Below, piece by piece: positions 17,947-28,325 of a stretch of DNA of 64,000 nt (positions within the stretch are counted from its first letter, which is position 1; each line of letters opens with the position of its first letter). A program made the translations under genes and the position numbers. The stretch lies in IMG/VR virus record IMGVR_UViG_3300028883_000032, positions 62,001 to 126,000 of that record; one strand, given 5' to 3'. Below the pieces are notes generated by a model, which was not told where the DNA came from, ran no database searches, and saw only the letters and a list, made by a program, of their open reading frames with translations.

Positions 17947-18632
17947 CGCCCTATTTGCCTCAGAATGTGATGTATAGTTTCCGGTAGCTCTCCAAATTCA
18001 TGTTCTACCGCTTTATATGCAACATTTTTATCACTGTATCGTGGCATGCCTAGTCCCCACCTATATGCCTCTTTACGTTCAGAATCTAGTTTTCTATACA
18101 AATTAGCCACATCTTGTGCCTCTTCAAGAGTAGGACGTTTTTCAGCTTGTTCTACTTGTCTCCCCATTTCCCTAGTTAATAAATCTAAATATGGTTTATT
18201 TAACTCGTTAATACGCTCCTCAAATCCGACTGGGCGGTCGTCTGGCTTTTTTATCCATTTGTCATTGATGACATCATATCCCGCCATTAAAGCTTCTGTA
18301 TTTGCTCTGTCAATTTCCGGTAAAACAAAATAATTCACTGGATGCTTAGTCGTACCAAGCATATTTTTACCAGAGCGATTAAATGCCTTAGCTATTGCAC
18401 TATAATAGTCTACAGCATTTTTGTCACTAAGCTCAACCTGTACATCAATATCGCTCGTATCACTATAATAGTATCCCAAAATGGAGCCTATAACGGTGAT
18501 GCCTCTAATAAACTTTGGCGGTATTACACCGTATAAATCTTCTATTAACTCTACCCTTACGGATGGCCTTAATTTGTCATTAATAAAAACAGCGGGCGAA
18601 AGTACACTTTTCTTTTTATCAAAAATACTCAT
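17943..18632 (-). CDS. Pol-beta-superfamily nucleotidyltransferase
   Basis: IGSILGYYYSDTSDIDVQV (GS..DxD), HPVNYFV. Confidence 0.8.
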   Translation of the reverse strand: MSIFDKKKSVLSPAVFINDKLRPSVRVELIEDLYGVIPPKFIRGITVIGSILGYYYSDTSDIDVQVELSDKNAVDYYSAIAKAFNRSGKNMLGTTKHPVNYFVLPEIDRANTEALMAGYDVINDKWIKKPDDRPVGFEERINELNKPYLDLLTREMGRQVEQAEKRPTLEEAQDVANLYRKLDSERKEAYRWGLGMPRYSDKNVAYKAVEHEFGELPETIHHILRQIGR

Positions 18633-19981
18633 TAGCGTAGGGCTTCCAATACTTGGTTTATTTCATCTTGTTTACGTCTGCTCATGGACATTAAATACTG
18701 TCCAGAACTTACAGGGGCGTGCCCACTAAAAAACGATTTTGGTAAAGTAGAAACGTATGTTTTTACTTTTACTGTTTTTGACGGATCGTCTCCGCGACGT
18801 ATGCCGCGGGCGGCGGCTTGATCAAGGCGACTTTTATTCCAATGAGGTTCTACCAACTGAACCAAACTAGTCTTTGGTAAGTTCAGGCCTTCAGAACCGG
18901 CACCGCTATATAAGAATGCTTTAACCTTACCTGAGTTGTATTGCTTAATTTGATCTAACCTGTTTGGGCCGGACATTTCCCCTGTAAGTACAGAATGCTT
19001 TATACCCAAAGCCTTCAATCTTCTTGATAGCGGCTCTATTCCGGCTCCAATGTAGTTCGAATAAGCCAATACTTTGCCGCCTCTTGCTAATTCCTCTGTC
19101 ATGTCTTTAACAACTTTATCCAGTTTAGTTGATTCCGCTTTAGCGGGATTTTTTACGTATGGAGCTGTTGTATTACTTACCTGTCGTAACCCAGACATGA
19201 AAGCATTTAGACTAGGTCTCTCCTGCTTTGAAGGTGGTAAATTCTTCTCAATTTTATAACGCACACTACGAGGAATCTGTTTGTTTAAGTATTTGTATAG
19301 TTTTGCTTGTCTTGGACCCATCTCAACACTAACTATTTCGCGGGAACTGTGCGGTATCAAGCCTTTAAATTGCTGTGTTTTTGCCACGTGAACATACGGT
19401 TTAACAACGTTTTTTAAATATGCTCTATTTTTAAGTTGTTTAACATCCCCGGGTTTTACTCCAGTAATTCTTGCAAAAAACGGAACGCTCACCTTTTTGT
19501 CTTCAAAAAACATTTTGTTAAAGCGTTCTTTGTCCATAGGAACTAAAGGCTTATTGGCGGCCAAGTTAACTTGGGTCGCCAAATCTGAAGCTTCGTTGTA
19601 CATGGGCGTTGCGGACAGTAGCAATGCCTTACGGTATTTTTGTCTTTGTTTTAATATATTTGAAAATGCTTTTGTTTCGGGGTTACGTATATATTGAGAC
19701 TCATCTATAACTAGTGCATCTCCACCAGGCAACTTATTTCCTCTAGAGATGGCTGCAAAGGTTGATGTGGTACGAGAGGATTTAGTCCCAAAAGCTTTTT
19801 GCTCTTCTTGCTCAAAATTTTTCTTTAGCGAAGCCGTGCCAACAACGCTAGTCTTCCTACCTCTAGTAGCATTTAACGCTAAGCGGGTTTTACCAGAACC
19901 GGTTGGATGTACCACTAATAGGCCGGTCGGGGACTGGCGGTATTTCTTTAGTGCCTGTTCTTGTGGTGGTAACATTACCAC
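18632..19981 (-). CDS. SF2 (SNF2-like) helicase
   Basis: HPTGSGKT, VIDESQ, LSATP, GSEGLNL, QAAARGIRRG. Confidence 0.9.
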   Translation of the reverse strand: MVMLPPQEQALKKYRQSPTGLLVVHPTGSGKTRLALNATRGRKTSVVGTASLKKNFEQEEQKAFGTKSSRTTSTFAAISRGNKLPGGDALVIDESQYIRNPETKAFSNILKQRQKYRKALLLSATPMYNEASDLATQVNLAANKPLVPMDKERFNKMFFEDKKVSVPFFARITGVKPGDVKQLKNRAYLKNVVKPYVHVAKTQQFKGLIPHSSREIVSVEMGPRQAKLYKYLNKQIPRSVRYKIEKNLPPSKQERPSLNAFMSGLRQVSNTTAPYVKNPAKAESTKLDKVVKDMTEELARGGKVLAYSNYIGAGIEPLSRRLKALGIKHSVLTGEMSGPNRLDQIKQYNSGKVKAFLYSGAGSEGLNLPKTSLVQLVEPHWNKSRLDQAAARGIRRGDDPSKTVKVKTYVSTLPKSFFSGHAPVSSGQYLMSMSRRKQDEINQVLEALR

Positions 19982-21357
19982 ATCTCCCTGAAGCCCAAAA
20001 AGACTGGCATTCTAAATTTTTCGGTAGCAGGATAAAAGTCCTGATAAGACACTTTTATTAACTTACCTATGTACTGACCCGGATTATTAAAAAAGTCTCG
20101 TCTGAGGTCATCTGTGAGCCCTGAGCCTATACGTATGTTAGCGGGACCATCTTTTTTTAGACTAGCAATTATTCCGCCAACGGCTACTCCGTCATATTTA
20201 GAATTTTTGGCAGCAGGATAAAAGCCCCTTATATAAACTTCAGTGTCCTTGGCCATCTTCATCTTTGATGGTACTGGTGAATCTAAATCAAATTCAACAA
20301 TTCCTTCTGAAGTAAGGGGGTATCGTCCAGACTTAACATCTGATAACAACATTTGTTTGTCGCTCCAAGTTTGTGCCATTGGGGCTAGCTTAAGACCTGG
20401 AGTCAAATCTACTACTTCTTTTAAAAGGGGGAACTTGTCTCTATACGGCAAGTTTGCGACATTACGACCACGATAGGTATCAATGTCATAAATGATGTGA
20501 TCCAATCCGCCTTTTTCAGCTTGCAATTCGCGGGATTTCATTGTACTGGCATTAAGCATGCCTGACGTCTCATTGGACGCTAGCACCTTTCCAGTATTGT
20601 CTTTTGCAAACAATTCTCCACGCAATACCGTCTCATTACCAACTTCAGGCGGAGCAATATTACGATATAGCGATGTTTTAAACGTGTGGTCTATTAATGC
20701 GTTGTTGTCTTTGCGACTTACCCTATATGAATAAGTCTCTATGGGCTTATCTTTACGAAGTACAAACAAAGCGTGCGCACCATCAATTTTTGGAGACCAT
20801 ATTTTTGAGTCATCCATATAGTCCAATTTTGATAGTTCCTTCTCTTTGTACTTCGGCTTATAGGCAGGAACAGAGCGAGATAAGCGAGTAGGCGTGTGAT
20901 TGACCAACAACCAATTTTTCCCATCAAAAGCTTTGATCAGTGTATAACGCCCAGGAGTAGTGCTTTTATGTACAACAAACGACAACTTACCTGGCTCTGC
21001 CTTAACAACCTCTACCTTATCTCTAGCCTCCAAACTAACATTACCCTTACCATACCCACTCTCTATTTTACCTTCAAAATTCATGTAGTCAAGTGTGTGA
21101 GTAGGCTGATGGATAGCTAGAACTTTTTCCCCAGGTTTTGGTAGGTGTTGTATAACCCACGAATGAGCATGGCCTGTTTCCGGATCACCCAGCCGTAGAT
21201 CTTTATGTGGACCGGCAACTTCCGCCTCATGACTATGAACCGCAAATTCCCAAATAACAGGATCCTTTACTTTGGGAATATTTTGGAACTTATTTCTATC
21301 GGGAATGCCGGGAATTGTCTCACCATTTTTGATTAACAACAGTTCACGTAAATTCAT
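19975..21357 (-). CDS. LigD-type 3'-phosphoesterase fused to ATP-dependent DNA ligase
   Basis: PE motifs VHSH, PHKDLRL, HTLDY.NFEG; ligase PKIDG, RGELF, YDI, EGIV, OB fold IGSGL. Confidence 0.88.
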   Translation of the reverse strand: MNLRELLLIKNGETIPGIPDRNKFQNIPKVKDPVIWEFAVHSHEAEVAGPHKDLRLGDPETGHAHSWVIQHLPKPGEKVLAIHQPTHTLDYMNFEGKIESGYGKGNVSLEARDKVEVVKAEPGKLSFVVHKSTTPGRYTLIKAFDGKNWLLVNHTPTRLSRSVPAYKPKYKEKELSKLDYMDDSKIWSPKIDGAHALFVLRKDKPIETYSYRVSRKDNNALIDHTFKTSLYRNIAPPEVGNETVLRGELFAKDNTGKVLASNETSGMLNASTMKSRELQAEKGGLDHIIYDIDTYRGRNVANLPYRDKFPLLKEVVDLTPGLKLAPMAQTWSDKQMLLSDVKSGRYPLTSEGIVEFDLDSPVPSKMKMAKDTEVYIRGFYPAAKNSKYDGVAVGGIIASLKKDGPANIRIGSGLTDDLRRDFFNNPGQYIGKLIKVSYQDFYPATEKFRMPVFLGFREMW

Positions 21358-21359
21358 TA

Positions 21360-22160
21360 TTATCTCACGTACTCCACTAAATCGGGGACACTGAGACGGT
21401 ACCTTATGTCACCTTTGGGAATTATCTCCATACGAGAATTATTAATTACTGTCACTAATCCTTTTTGGGTAGGTCTTACTTCAAGTATTTCGTATCTTTT
21501 GTTATCATAACTAACAACCACATCCCCCGGTTCTACGTCTGGCCATGGTGGAGAGGTTAGAATTGCATCCGTAATTTGCCACTCTCCCCATTGCAACTGA
21601 GCTTGTCTCTTTGGAGTTGGGTTAATCATGCAAGTTCTTATTATGGGAGTATAATAGCCCCCCTGATAGCCCGTATCGTAACAAGTACTGCAATTGGCAG
21701 TCTGATGCCGTCCTATGGTTACATCATAATCTGGACATCTTGTTCCACTAGTTTTTTTCTTAAAAATAGCACAAGGTCTACCAGTTAGTCTAAAAGCAAT
21801 ATCTTCGGTTCTAATAATAGCGTCACTATAAATATCTCCATAAGATGCCTGCTTTACAGGATTGCAGATATCTCCAGTATTAGACCCGTCGGTAAATGAC
21901 AGGGCGTAATAAAGTTCCTGCCACTGGTCGTACTCATAACCAGAGATAGTGGTATCTGTCCACCCATAATCATCAGCTGAGATTACTCCAGAAGACACTA
22001 AATCAAACTCATCTATAATTCCAGAATGGGCCGCCCAAAATCCCCTGTAGATGTTTACAGTGTAAACACTGGAATCCTCATCAGTATTTTCCAGTGTCCA
22101 ATGTAAATTCATCACTCCTGGTTCATAGGATCTTATCAGTAACTCATCTAGTGCTATCAT
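21360..22160 (-). CDS. Putative neck/head-closure protein
   Basis: KKKTSGTRCP..CSTCYDTGYQGGYY, PDVEPGDVVV; position in head-tail block. Confidence 0.6.
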   Translation of the reverse strand: MIALDELLIRSYEPGVMNLHWTLENTDEDSSVYTVNIYRGFWAAHSGIIDEFDLVSSGVISADDYGWTDTTISGYEYDQWQELYYALSFTDGSNTGDICNPVKQASYGDIYSDAIIRTEDIAFRLTGRPCAIFKKKTSGTRCPDYDVTIGRHQTANCSTCYDTGYQGGYYTPIIRTCMINPTPKRQAQLQWGEWQITDAILTSPPWPDVEPGDVVVSYDNKRYEILEVRPTQKGLVTVINNSRMEIIPKGDIRYRLSVPDLVEYVR

Positions 22161-22163
22161 TTT

Positions 22164-22622
22164 TTACCAAGATGCATCATAATATTCGGAACTTACACTA
22201 CCGTAACAATCGCTAATGTTCTGTTTTTTCTTCAAACCAGTTACTCTGTCTACCCACGATTTTTCAATAAGATTAAACCAGTTTAGGTAGTTTTTCCATT
22301 TATCATAAGCCTGTATTTGTACTCCTCCTGTGTCATTGTAGCTGACTGCATTACGGGCACTCCAAATGCCATGGCCTATTAATACTTGTTTTAAGGTCCC
22401 GTATTTTAAAGCAGAATATGATGGGAAGTCGTCGATTGTCCACGATGTTTCTATGTGTGGAAGAACAGCGTTATTTGCTTCGTCAACCGCATCTAGCATT
22501 GATTGGTAAATATAGGAATCCGAGCTTTCTTGAATTTTTTCAAGAAAATTTCTATCTACTGTATCCTCTACCCAAGTTCTTATGTTATCTATATAAGACT
22601 GTTCTGTTGTTGAATATGCCAT
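22164..22622 (-). CDS. Putative head-tail adaptor
   Basis: Helical protein with SYNDTGGVQI motif upstream of neck gene. Confidence 0.55.
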   Translation of the reverse strand: MAYSTTEQSYIDNIRTWVEDTVDRNFLEKIQESSDSYIYQSMLDAVDEANNAVLPHIETSWTIDDFPSYSALKYGTLKQVLIGHGIWSARNAVSYNDTGGVQIQAYDKWKNYLNWFNLIEKSWVDRVTGLKKKQNISDCYGSVSSEYYDASW

Positions 22623-22704
22623 ATTAGTAAACCCACGTTACAGTTACTGTTATAGACCCGCCACTTCCGGCCCAATCAAGTGTTATTAATGCATCACATA
22701 CTTA

Positions 22705-24528
22705 TTAATATCTTCGAATTACAATGTCCGACACCATACTATTTTCACGAAAGTTCAAGGTAAAATAACTACTTGCTGTTATATCCGCGTCTGTAATTGG
22801 ATTGGTAGCTAATCCAAACAAAACCCAACCATTCCATCCGTATTCACCGCCCTTAACATAAACATAAATATCATTAGATAAATCTCTAATAAATTTAAAT
22901 CTGTACCAAATACCATCGCTTGCTAAAAGATCATCGCCGGAAGACAGAACGGTTCTTGTTCCTGCTACTGTTTTTCTAAAAGAAAAAGTCTCTGGTGCGG
23001 CGCTAAGATATAAAACCAAATAGTATCCGGTACCATAATTTTGGTTTTCTATGTCCGTTTTATCTGACAAAATATAGCATTCATGTGCTATATTTTCATT
23101 GGAGCAATTTACGGAAAATTCCCATTCACCATATGCAACATCGCAAGGTATAGACATGTTACCATCACTACTAAATTTCATGGCATTTTTTCTAACACCA
23201 TTTATTTCTGTTTCAACTATTTTAACAGATGCGGCACCATCTGAAATCCAATTTGGTATTTGTTTTGTTACGCCGTCGGCCCCATAGTCAAAAGTTTCTC
23301 TTATAACAACAGAGTCTGAATGTAGCTCCGTCAACTTCATTTTAGTAACTGTCATAAACCTTGAAGAAGGATCGTCTTCCAAGATGCACTTAGGATACAC
23401 CGTTTGCGTTGATTTTGCTATAGCCACTTTTGATAGTGACTGAGGAGAAGAAAAGTCAGTATTTCGAAATATATAATTAATACCAAACACATTAGAACTC
23501 ATGTTTGATTGTATAACATCGAAGAAACCCAATCCATCCTTGTTTTCACTGTCTCCATTAAAAGCGGCCAACTCTATCAAGTATGGTTTTCCTGCCTTTA
23601 CATTAACCCCATTGGTAAACCAAACCGGGGCATTCACATCTTCATCATCCTCCAAACGTAATTGTCCATTTTGAAACTCGAAGACATCGGGGTCTCCATC
23701 TGTTGACCATTCGCTGACATCCAAATGATCTTTCATGTCAAATAAGACAAGACCCCTTCCAAATCCAGTTACAGGTATGACAATATTTCCGATAGTCTTA
23801 GCTTTTGAATATTCCGAATATGTTTGTGATACAAGATCAGTCATTTTTCCATCAGTTAACCCGTTTACCCCAAAACGGTACAATCTAACCCTACTAAACA
23901 ACCCACCGATTCCGCCCACCCCTCCTCCAGCGGTATAGGAACCTATTTTCAAAGGAAATGCATTATCAACACTCCCTATAACAGAACCATAAGCGGCACT
24001 GTATAGGGGTGAAGGAGATACTCCATCTTTATAAAGCGTAACTTTCGTCACTGAAGAACCATCATCCTTATCTACAAATATTAATAAATGAACCAACTTT
24101 GATACATTTTTACTTAACTCTGGTGCAATTGAAAGTTCACCTCCCGTGGTTCCATCACAAATTTCAAATCTTACGGTATCATTTGACCCTCTGTAAATAA
24201 ACATCCATCCGGGTTTGGTTGCCAAATAATCTTCTATTTTTCCTATAAGACTATTTCTTCCTGAATCTACATTTATTAGATTTACCCATAATTCTATAGC
24301 GAAATCTTCTAATCCAAAATTTAGTCTATTTTGATTTGCGTCTAATAAACTCAGATAAGGTGTAGTAGAACGATCTACTCTTCCTGCTCCTCTTAAAATA
24401 CCATTTTTAACTCCCAACTGCATAGAATTGTTATTTGTAAAGGGAACAGTTTGAATACCGGACTGGTCGTAAAGAGAATACCCTTGCCAATCAAGAACAA
24501 TATTTTTTTTGAAATCTGGGCTTAACAT
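22705..24528 (-). CDS. LamG/concanavalin-like lectin domain tail fibre or receptor-binding protein
   Basis: DFAIELWVN, HLLIFVD, LYKDG, LKIGS..GLFSRVRLY; further beta-sandwich domains. Confidence 0.7.
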   Translation of the reverse strand: MLSPDFKKNIVLDWQGYSLYDQSGIQTVPFTNNNSMQLGVKNGILRGAGRVDRSTTPYLSLLDANQNRLNFGLEDFAIELWVNLINVDSGRNSLIGKIEDYLATKPGWMFIYRGSNDTVRFEICDGTTGGELSIAPELSKNVSKLVHLLIFVDKDDGSSVTKVTLYKDGVSPSPLYSAAYGSVIGSVDNAFPLKIGSYTAGGGVGGIGGLFSRVRLYRFGVNGLTDGKMTDLVSQTYSEYSKAKTIGNIVIPVTGFGRGLVLFDMKDHLDVSEWSTDGDPDVFEFQNGQLRLEDDEDVNAPVWFTNGVNVKAGKPYLIELAAFNGDSENKDGLGFFDVIQSNMSSNVFGINYIFRNTDFSSPQSLSKVAIAKSTQTVYPKCILEDDPSSRFMTVTKMKLTELHSDSVVIRETFDYGADGVTKQIPNWISDGAASVKIVETEINGVRKNAMKFSSDGNMSIPCDVAYGEWEFSVNCSNENIAHECYILSDKTDIENQNYGTGYYLVLYLSAAPETFSFRKTVAGTRTVLSSGDDLLASDGIWYRFKFIRDLSNDIYVYVKGGEYGWNGWVLFGLATNPITDADITASSYFTLNFRENSMVSDIVIRRY

Positions 24529-24529
24529 A

Positions 24530-24745
24530 TTATATTGTTTCTTCTACTATATATAAAGGAACACAAATATTATATAGAGCTTCTATCTTATAATGTTCAT
24601 TTGTAGAAACTGGTCCAAAAATATAAACGTGTTCTATGTGACGCGCTAAATCTGAAGCATTTGAAAACTCTTCTTTAACAGACTCGGCGTATTCTAATAT
24701 TTCTTGTAATTTTTCTTCAGTCATAATTTTATCCTGAATATTCAT
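24530..24745 (-). CDS. hypothetical protein
   Basis: ORF in late operon. Confidence 0.55.
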   Translation of the reverse strand: MNIQDKIMTEEKLQEILEYAESVKEEFSNASDLARHIEHVYIFGPVSTNEHYKIEALYNICVPLYIVEETI

Positions 24746-25286
24746 GTAGACCGACGTAAAAAGTTAGTGTTTTAGCATCTTGTCCTGGGCACATGCAACG
24801 AGCCCATACTTTTGTTCCCGCGTCTTGCCTTTCCGTCTGAATAACTACCGGACCAGAATCAATTAAATTTGACGCCGGCGTAAACACACAATCAGTATAA
24901 TCTCCAGCAGTTAAAGCTGTAGCTCCATCGGCTCCAAAAGCTACTTGAAAAAAGTAGGACGAATTTTGGCTTGCCGCCGCAAATTCCAGTCGATGCAAAT
25001 CAAATTTGGTATTACCTGCATCTGCGGGCGTATCGTCTGCCCCAAGTATTTGGAGCCAATCCCCCCAAGTATCATCCCCTGAAGTAACTGTGAAAACTCC
25101 TGCCCCATCTGCGTCGCCTATTTCTACAGCAACGTGATCTTCGCCATCTGGAGTACCTGCTAGTTCAAACCAACGTTCATTGGAATGAAGATGACGTTCA
25201 ATTTCAGCAACCGCATGTCCTATGGTGCCATCCGTGGCACTAAGTCCTGTGGATACCGATACATCTGGATTATAATTTCCGTGCAT
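24729..25286 (-). CDS. Putative virion structural protein
   Basis: EIERHLHS.ERWF..LYVGLHEY pattern, acidic beta-rich. Confidence 0.5.
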   Translation of the reverse strand: MHGNYNPDVSVSTGLSATDGTIGHAVAEIERHLHSNERWFELAGTPDGEDHVAVEIGDADGAGVFTVTSGDDTWGDWLQILGADDTPADAGNTKFDLHRLEFAAASQNSSYFFQVAFGADGATALTAGDYTDCVFTPASNLIDSGPVVIQTERQDAGTKVWARCMCPGQDAKTLTFYVGLHEYSG

Positions 25287-26248
25287 TATAGTGCCTTTCT
25301 ACGACCTTTTACAATAACAGTATTTGTTGCCCCGTCATTAACAATTACCGCTCTAACATATTTGAAAATTACATTTTCAAGATCAATAGCAAAAGTTATT
25401 GTACCATTTGTAACCGTAACCGAAGAGGCATCAGAGGCAGCATTGCAGTCATAAAATTGTATTGCCACCCAATCTCTATTGGTGGCCGTGGAGTCTTCGT
25501 CATTAGATGCTTCAATTGTCAATGTAACTGTCCCATCCGCATCAATAAATTTTCCTGTAAAAGAAAGATCTTTGTAGCCATCCATGTCATACCCACTGGT
25601 ACTTGGGTAGTAGTGTGTATCGGCCCCTAAGTTTGTTGTGTCTAATGTGTTTAATAATTGATACTGTTCATTTAATGGACTTATATCCTCAGAATAGATA
25701 GCATCATTTGTTGAATCGTATGCCTTTGTGGGACCATTGACACCTACTTCATATGAGTCACCAGATGCAAATGGAGATGCTCCTGTTATACTAACTGTGC
25801 CACCGGAATAGGATAGTGTAATACCGGCATATCCATTAAAATACACATTACTAGATGTCCCGGCAGTATCAACAACCCTTACATATACTAACTGTGAGTC
25901 GTCTGAAATTGCAATGGGCAGGCCAGTCAACGTAATGGTGGAACTTGTCCCAAACGCAGCTGTAAAATCACTGGGACTTTTGTATTCCGCTATTAACTGA
26001 CCTTTACGATTTGCGTCCGAAACAGCAAGGGCATTGTCTGAATAAGCAATTGTTGAACCATCAGCTACTTTCACCTGTGCATCTGAGGTGGGGTCTGTTA
26101 GTATTGCTGGAAGAGCATTTTCAGAATCTAAATTAATGGATACATCTTCTACAGTAACCGGCAATGGGTTTTCTGGAGATACGGTTACACGCACTTGTTC
26201 CTCTGCACCGGTCGGTTTAAAATGGATATATGTGCTACTACTTGACAT
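25286..26248 (-). CDS. Putative virion structural/decoration protein
   Basis: VSPENPLPV motif, Thr/Asp/Ser-rich beta sandwich. Confidence 0.5.
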   Translation of the reverse strand: MSSSSTYIHFKPTGAEEQVRVTVSPENPLPVTVEDVSINLDSENALPAILTDPTSDAQVKVADGSTIAYSDNALAVSDANRKGQLIAEYKSPSDFTAAFGTSSTITLTGLPIAISDDSQLVYVRVVDTAGTSSNVYFNGYAGITLSYSGGTVSITGASPFASGDSYEVGVNGPTKAYDSTNDAIYSEDISPLNEQYQLLNTLDTTNLGADTHYYPSTSGYDMDGYKDLSFTGKFIDADGTVTLTIEASNDEDSTATNRDWVAIQFYDCNAASDASSVTVTNGTITFAIDLENVIFKYVRAVIVNDGATNTVIVKGRRKAL

Positions 26249-26317
26249 ATTTCCCCCAATTTTTATGGATTATCATATCTTAATATACTTAAAAAACTCT
26301 TTAAAGTCAAGTAAAAA

Positions 26318-26342
26318 AGCCTCCCAAAATATTTAGGAGGCT
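26318..26342 (-). terminator. Terminator after major capsid gene
   Basis: AGCCTCCTAAATATTTTGGGAGGCT-TTTTT on - strand. Confidence 0.8.
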
Positions 26343-26365
26343 GACTTTACAAAAAGCAAAGCTAA

Positions 26366-27343
26366 TTAGTTAGTCCAGTATACCTTTGCCATTGAATAGG
26401 CGTTACCAATACCCATGCCGATAATCTCATAAAGACTCCAGCTGATAAGGTTACGTTTCTTTTCAATCCAGAACTTAACATCACCCAATATATAGGCGTG
26501 ACCCATATATTGTTTTGGTGTAAAGCCGTACATTGTGCCAGGAGGTACAAGTTCGCCTTTATTGGTAACAATAAGATCTTTACCAAAGATTGTGGTGTAG
26601 GTCCAGCCGTTTACTGTGGTGTTTTCTGCGATTGCGTTACCGCGATCATCAGCACGCCACAAAAGGATCTTGTTGTAATCTTCACGATTCATGAGGATTA
26701 CGGAGCAATCATAACGTCTAGCATCAAAATCATGCTCGTAAATTGTTGATCCAGCTGAATTCTTTAAACTCGTACTACCAACGGTACTTGAATTCTCAAG
26801 CAAGTTGAATAGACGTACAAACAACATCGGATCAAGCTCATTATTATTTGTATTGTAGGCTGTAGAATTTTCGTACTTACCTGACAATGCAACGGCATCT
26901 TCGACGCGACTAATGAATCCTTGGTCTTCAATTGCATGAAGATCTTTTAGAGAGTTATTTTCGATGATCTCTGTTAGAGGCATCTCATAAGCTAAAAGCT
27001 CTTCTTCTACTTTCTGGTATTCTCTTGAGCTGATTCCGTAAAATGCAATTTCATAACGTTCACCCATGATGTACTCAGAATCTGGTGCACCACGGAAGTT
27101 AATTTCCATCGCTACTGAATTGGGCTCGAGATCCACGACCTTAACCAGCTGGTCGTGATTTACAGAGCGTTGACATTCTGCCTTTGTAATAGGCTGAGGC
27201 ATCATAATTTTGCGTGAGAAAGAAACTTCACGCATGCGCTGACGAATGTATGAGCTTGTGCTCATCGCAAGCTTGGCGCGATCCTCTGGAGAATCCAACG
27301 ACTCAACAAACAGTTCATTAAGAATTTCAGGACTTGTTGCCAT
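26366..27343 (-). CDS. Major capsid protein (HK97-like fold inferred)
   Basis: Follows protease, scaffolds and decoration gene, ends at a strong terminator; C-terminal P-domain pattern GKDLIVT..GTMYGF..YEIIGMGIGN. Confidence 0.75.
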   Translation of the reverse strand: MATSPEILNELFVESLDSPEDRAKLAMSTSSYIRQRMREVSFSRKIMMPQPITKAECQRSVNHDQLVKVVDLEPNSVAMEINFRGAPDSEYIMGERYEIAFYGISSREYQKVEEELLAYEMPLTEIIENNSLKDLHAIEDQGFISRVEDAVALSGKYENSTAYNTNNNELDPMLFVRLFNLLENSSTVGSTSLKNSAGSTIYEHDFDARRYDCSVILMNREDYNKILLWRADDRGNAIAENTTVNGWTYTTIFGKDLIVTNKGELVPPGTMYGFTPKQYMGHAYILGDVKFWIEKKRNLISWSLYEIIGMGIGNAYSMAKVYWTN

Positions 27344-27354
27344 TTTTTATCTCC

Positions 27355-27807
27355 TTAGACCTTTTCGATGCCGATTACGGTGAATGTTGTCCCCAAGTAT
27401 GTAATACTGTGAGGTGACTTATAACAAACTGCCTTAACCTGACCCGGGGTTTCAGAACCTGAAGCCGCGGTAAGCAGTCCGTCATCTCCTGTTACTAAAC
27501 TTGTGCCAAGAGTGATTGATGCTCCTGTGTTGTATTTATCTGTAAGAGCTTTAAAGTAACCTTTAAGAATGGTGACTTTACCCGTCTCAGAGACATCAGG
27601 AGTGTAGCCAGCATCTGATCCTGTGCGGTCGCCCGCTTCAGACCAAACCGGCCATGTTAATACGTTGGCACCAGTTGTTAAAATTGCCTTCTCTTGAGCA
27701 TTTAGTGTTACCCAGCTTCCTTCATAGCCGGAGACAGACACGTCGCCAGTCTGCATCGTAACATCTTGGCGATTTGCAAGCTCGAGATTGCTTAACAACT
27801 TAAACAT
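27355..27807 (-). CDS. Putative capsid decoration/cement protein
   Basis: Immediately upstream of MCP; GKVTIL.G.FKALTD..LVTGDDGLL pattern. Confidence 0.55.
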   Translation of the reverse strand: MFKLLSNLELANRQDVTMQTGDVSVSGYEGSWVTLNAQEKAILTTGANVLTWPVWSEAGDRTGSDAGYTPDVSETGKVTILKGYFKALTDKYNTGASITLGTSLVTGDDGLLTAASGSETPGQVKAVCYKSPHSITYLGTTFTVIGIEKV

Positions 27808-27819
27808 GTGGTATCCTCC

Positions 27820-28272
27820 TTAAGAAAGACTATTTTCGATTATTGCCTCTAGGGCATGAGCTGGATCAACTGAATCCAACCCGTATAGTGATTTTTCCGA
27901 AAGTATGCCTAGAGAAAATTCTCCAACTTTCGATAATTCTAGTGCTTTATCTAGAACCCTTAATTCCTCTTCAGATTTCTTTGCAAACGTTGCAGCTTTT
28001 TTAAACATTGTTTCAGCAGTAATCAATCCAGCGTCTGCCATTTTCATGACTATGCGCTCTGCCAAATCTCTGTTTTGTGCAATCTTTACAATTTCTCTGT
28101 ATTCCTCTGAAATTGATTTTATAGCTTCGGCCACTTTATTAAGCCAACAATCCCCGTTTGATCTGGATTCAATTAATTCAGCTAGTTTGTCAATATCAGT
28201 TGCTTCAAGAGTTTCTTCGGAGGCCGTCTTTGGGTTCTCAAGCTCCTTCATCAGGGCTTGAAGGTTCATCAT
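27820..28272 (-). CDS. Putative scaffold protein, K-x-A rich
   Basis: Helical; KTA, KLA, KVA, KIA, KMA, KKA. Confidence 0.55.
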   Translation of the reverse strand: MMNLQALMKELENPKTASEETLEATDIDKLAELIESRSNGDCWLNKVAEAIKSISEEYREIVKIAQNRDLAERIVMKMADAGLITAETMFKKAATFAKKSEEELRVLDKALELSKVGEFSLGILSEKSLYGLDSVDPAHALEAIIENSLS

Positions 28273-28325
28273 TGCCTCCAGTTAAGTATAATAAGGGGCC
28301 CCGGCAGGGCCAAGGCCCCTAAAAG

